Assembly: GCA_947460225.1 (NCBI GenBank)
Contig: CANHHI010000001.1
Location: 1-37,164 of the forward strand
DNA length: 37,164 bases
From: Flavobacteriales bacterium
GTDB taxonomy: Bacteria; Bacteroidota; Bacteroidia; Flavobacteriales_D; CANHHI01
Direction of reading: 5' to 3'
A program made the position numbers and the translations under genes. How positions within the stretch are numbered: position 1 is the stretch's first letter; each line of letters opens with the position of its first letter. Shown here in pieces: positions 34,469 through 37,164 of this stretch. The notes under the pieces are model-generated. The model had not been told where the DNA came from. It searched no databases and saw only the letters and a list, made by a program, of their open reading frames with translations.

Positions 34469-34476
34469 ACCGCAGG

Positions 34477-35667
34477 CTATGCCTGTTTGGAGGCAAGGAG
34501 GGTTTTGCAGTAAAACAATAAACCCAGCCCACAAGCTACATAAAGCAGAAAACCTATAAATTGCCCATTGGCTTGAAAAAACCGAGAAAGCAAAATCACG
34601 GTAAATACGGCGCATATAGAAAAAATGCCAGCACAAGTTGTGGCACGTGCATGGCTAAGCCCTAGGGAAAGCAAATGGTGGTGCAAATGGTTTTTATCAC
34701 CCACAAAGGGAGATTTTCCACTGGCTGTGCGCAATACAAACACCCGCAAAGTATCCAAAAGCGGATATACCGACAGACTCATGGCAAAAACGGGCTTATT
34801 TACTTTGGCTAAAACATTGTGCCAGCTGGGCAGGGTTTTATAAAAATCATCGTGTGATAAATACTCCAAGGTTAAAAATGCCACAACGCCACCCAAGAGT
34901 AAACTGCCCATATTACCTAGAAAAATCCGCTGTTTCTTGCTGATGTTATAGTATAAAAACGCCCAACAAGCCCCAGAAGTCCCCCAAGACACGAGGGCAA
35001 AAATTTGGTCTTGATTGCCCAAATGCACAAAGCCAAAAAATGCTGTGCTAATGCCAACAACCGTAGCAAGCAAACCATCTATACCATCGGCAAGGTTGTG
35101 GGCATTCACAAAAACAATCCATACAAAAAAAGAAAACAAAATGGAAAACCAAGTGGGCAATTCCTCCACACCCAAAACGCCATAAAAACTTTGTATGCGC
35201 AAATCGGGATTAAAAAAAATAAAAAAACCCGCTATGGCTTGCCCTATAAATCTTTGGTTGGCGGATTCTTTGAGCATATCGTCTTTTGCACCCAAAAGGA
35301 AAAGCAAAAAAGTAGCCAAAAAGAAACTTTTAAATTTGCGCAACGCCCAAGGGCTAATCTCGGCAGGGAAAAACAAAATATAGGTAAGCACCAGCGATAA
35401 AAAAATCAAAACCCCTCCTGCCGTTGGTACTACGCCATGATGCGTTTTGTGCTGTTCGGTGGGCTTGTCTAAGAGTTCTGTTTTTCTGAGCATAATTCTA
35501 TACACAGGAACACTCAAAAAAACGAATAAAAATCCAGCAAACAATGCCCAAATACTTTTTTTCCAAATAAGATAAGAAACAGGTATTTGCAACTCTTGCC
35601 ACAGCAAAATATTCATCATTTTTTCATACATTTTACTCAAAGTTAATTTTTTTCTGCCAGCTTTCAT
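34477..35667 (-). CDS. Glycosyltransferase family 4 (MraY/WecA-like) polyprenyl-phosphate sugar-1-phosphate transferase
   Basis: About 10 TM segments. Motifs NAHNLADGIDGL and GDKNHLHHHLL match the conserved DG.DGL and HxHH motifs of the MraY/WecA superfamily. The exact start is uncertain. Confidence 0.85.
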   Translation of the reverse strand: MKAGRKKLTLSKMYEKMMNILLWQELQIPVSYLIWKKSIWALFAGFLFVFLSVPVYRIMLRKTELLDKPTEQHKTHHGVVPTAGGVLIFLSLVLTYILFFPAEISPWALRKFKSFFLATFLLFLLGAKDDMLKESANQRFIGQAIAGFFIFFNPDLRIQSFYGVLGVEELPTWFSILFSFFVWIVFVNAHNLADGIDGLLATVVGISTAFFGFVHLGNQDQIFALVSWGTSGACWAFLYYNISKKQRIFLGNMGSLLLGGVVAFLTLEYLSHDDFYKTLPSWHNVLAKVNKPVFAMSLSVYPLLDTLRVFVLRTASGKSPFVGDKNHLHHHLLSLGLSHARATTCAGIFSICAVFTVILLSRFFQANGQFIGFLLYVACGLGLLFYCKTLLASKQA

Positions 35668-35707
35668 TTGTTTTACCTATTTTTTGTTAATTTTATAAAA
35701 AATTTAC

Positions 35708-36967
35708 ATGATGAAGTTAGAAATTCCGAATAGTGTTTTGCCCCGTGTTGTGATTATTGGTGGCGGTTTTGCAGGATTAACTTTGGCGCAAAAAATCAAC
35801 AAACAACATTTTCAAATTATACTTTTAGACCAAGAAAATTTTCACACCTTTCAACCGCTTTTGTATCAAGTTGCGTCTGCACAAATAGAACCACAAAGTT
35901 TGGCTTTCCCCCTGCGCAAAGCCTTTCAAGGCGAACCCAATACATATATCCGCAAAACACAAGTTTTAGCCATAGATGCCGAAAAGAAATCTGTGCAAAC
36001 CCAAGACGGAGAATTGCATTATGATTACCTGGTGCTAGCGATGGGTGCAAAAAGCCATTATTTTGGCTTAAAGGATATGGAAGAACACGCTTTAACGCTC
36101 AAAACTTTATCCGATGCTGTGGACATCAGAAATACGCTGTTAAGCGATTTGGAAGATTGGGAAAACAAAGGTGTGCAAAGCAAAAACTGGGTGGTAGTAG
36201 GTGCTGGCGCAACGGGCGTAGAAATGGCTGGTGCGCTAGCGGATTTGCGCAATAAAATTCTCAAATTGGATTTTCCAGAGCTAGACCCCAAAGCACTGAA
36301 AATAACACTCATTGAAGCATCAGGCAAAGCACTGGGTGCTTTTGCGGAAGGCATGGGTGATGTGGCTGTCAAACATTTAAAAACTTTGGGCGTAGAAGTA
36401 CTCTTAAACACAGAGGTGTTGAGTTATGATGGCACGCATTTGCAAATAAAAGATGCGCAAACCATTCAAAGCCAAACAGTGATTTGGACGGCAGGCGTTC
36501 GGGCGCAAACGGTATCTGGTTTGGAAAAATTTCAATTGCCCAATGGCAGAATTGGCGTAGATGAATACAATCAAGTCCTTCAAGGGAAAGATATTTTCTG
36601 CATAGGCGACCAAGCCAGCATGCAAACGCAAGGCTACGAAAAAGGACACCCACAACTTGCGCCTGTTGCCATTGCACAAGCTGAAAATTTGGCAAAAAAC
36701 TTGGTGCGTGCCGTGTTCCAAAAACCGATGTTAGCTTTTGCTTACCACGACAAAGGCAGCATGGTTGCTGTTGGCTTGGGTGTTGGCGTCGTTAGGGTTT
36801 TTGGAAAAGTTTGGCACGGTTTTTGGGCGTTTATTGTGTGGTTTTTTGTGCACTTATTTCAAATTTTAGGCACCAAAAATAAAATATTTATTTTATTGCA
36901 ATGGCTCAGCCAATACCGTTCCTACAATTCGGCACTGCGCATCATATTAAAATCTAAAAAAGAATAA
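35708..36967 (+). CDS. ndh: Type II NADH:quinone oxidoreductase (NDH-2)
   Basis: VVIIGGGFAGL and VVVGAGATGVEMAGAL dinucleotide-binding motifs, IFCIGDQA, and a C-terminal membrane-anchoring helix. Confidence 0.9.
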   Translation: MMKLEIPNSVLPRVVIIGGGFAGLTLAQKINKQHFQIILLDQENFHTFQPLLYQVASAQIEPQSLAFPLRKAFQGEPNTYIRKTQVLAIDAEKKSVQTQDGELHYDYLVLAMGAKSHYFGLKDMEEHALTLKTLSDAVDIRNTLLSDLEDWENKGVQSKNWVVVGAGATGVEMAGALADLRNKILKLDFPELDPKALKITLIEASGKALGAFAEGMGDVAVKHLKTLGVEVLLNTEVLSYDGTHLQIKDAQTIQSQTVIWTAGVRAQTVSGLEKFQLPNGRIGVDEYNQVLQGKDIFCIGDQASMQTQGYEKGHPQLAPVAIAQAENLAKNLVRAVFQKPMLAFAYHDKGSMVAVGLGVGVVRVFGKVWHGFWAFIVWFFVHLFQILGTKNKIFILLQWLSQYRSYNSALRIILKSKKE

Positions 36968-37164
36968 TTAAAACCCTTTGGGGCTTAAATTCTTAAACTG
37001 CGCCAAACGCCAAGCCAACTGAAAAATATGCTGTGTTCTTTTTTGCAAAAGTTCGTATTGAATTTTTTCGGCAGTATCGGTGCTTTTGTGGTAATCCGCA
37101 TGAAAACCGCCAAAATAAAATATAGCTGGCACATTTTGCTTAACAAAAGAATAATGGTCGGAGC
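36968..37164 (-). CDS. C-terminal 64 codons of an M28-family peptidase; the 5' part lies beyond the window end. Not in the ORF track.
   Basis: The reverse strand translates as SDHYSFVKQNVPAIFYFGGFHADYHKSTDTAEKIQYELLQKRTQHIFQLAWRLAQFKNLSPKGF*. SDH..F and H..YH...D are the C-terminal metal-ligand region pattern of M28 aminopeptidases. Confidence 0.65.
   Translation of the reverse strand, partial: SDHYSFVKQNVPAIFYFGGFHADYHKSTDTAEKIQYELLQKRTQHIFQLAWRLAQFKNLSPKGF

Overview
AT-rich chromosomal segment of Bacteroidota type. This is inferred from gene content (DUF4271 next to a hemD-like gene, DUF5686 outer-membrane protein, hpt-adk-obg cluster, murF-alr fusion) and from several exact matches to the Bacteroidetes sigma-A promoter consensus TTTG-N19-21-TAnnTTTG. 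Most of the window is tightly packed housekeeping DNA. One block holds an O-methyltransferase, prc, pcm, uvrB, a transglutaminase-like protein, nadE, hlyIII and rpiB. It is followed by a GNAT gene with a two-component system. The minus strand then carries an apparent hpt-adk-obg-MTHFS-rlmD operon, and further on a nine-gene co-directional cluster (33706 down to 25584) containing ffh, folD, lptB and hemD-like. A GT4 transferase, ndh and a partial M28 peptidase close the window. No rRNA, tRNA, CRISPR array, cas gene or recognisable defence gene was seen. Three things are not ordinary. (1) A reading frame of at least 1675 codons on the minus strand (1..5025) encodes a modular repetitive surface protein. 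It runs off the left edge and is missing from the supplied ORF track. (2) A family of hairpin-bearing inverted-repeat miniature elements with GTAG-headed REP-like hairpins occurs at 10638..10886, 33770..33989, 34438..34468 and, degenerate, at 12225..12275. These create spurious ORFs and a false 68-codon extension of uvrB. (3) A 770-bp ORF-free gap (33707..34476) contains a perfect consensus promoter feeding directly into a strand-specifically structured RNA candidate of about 185 nt with mutually exclusive helices. This third item is my best candidate for something undescribed, but it rests on sequence reading only.
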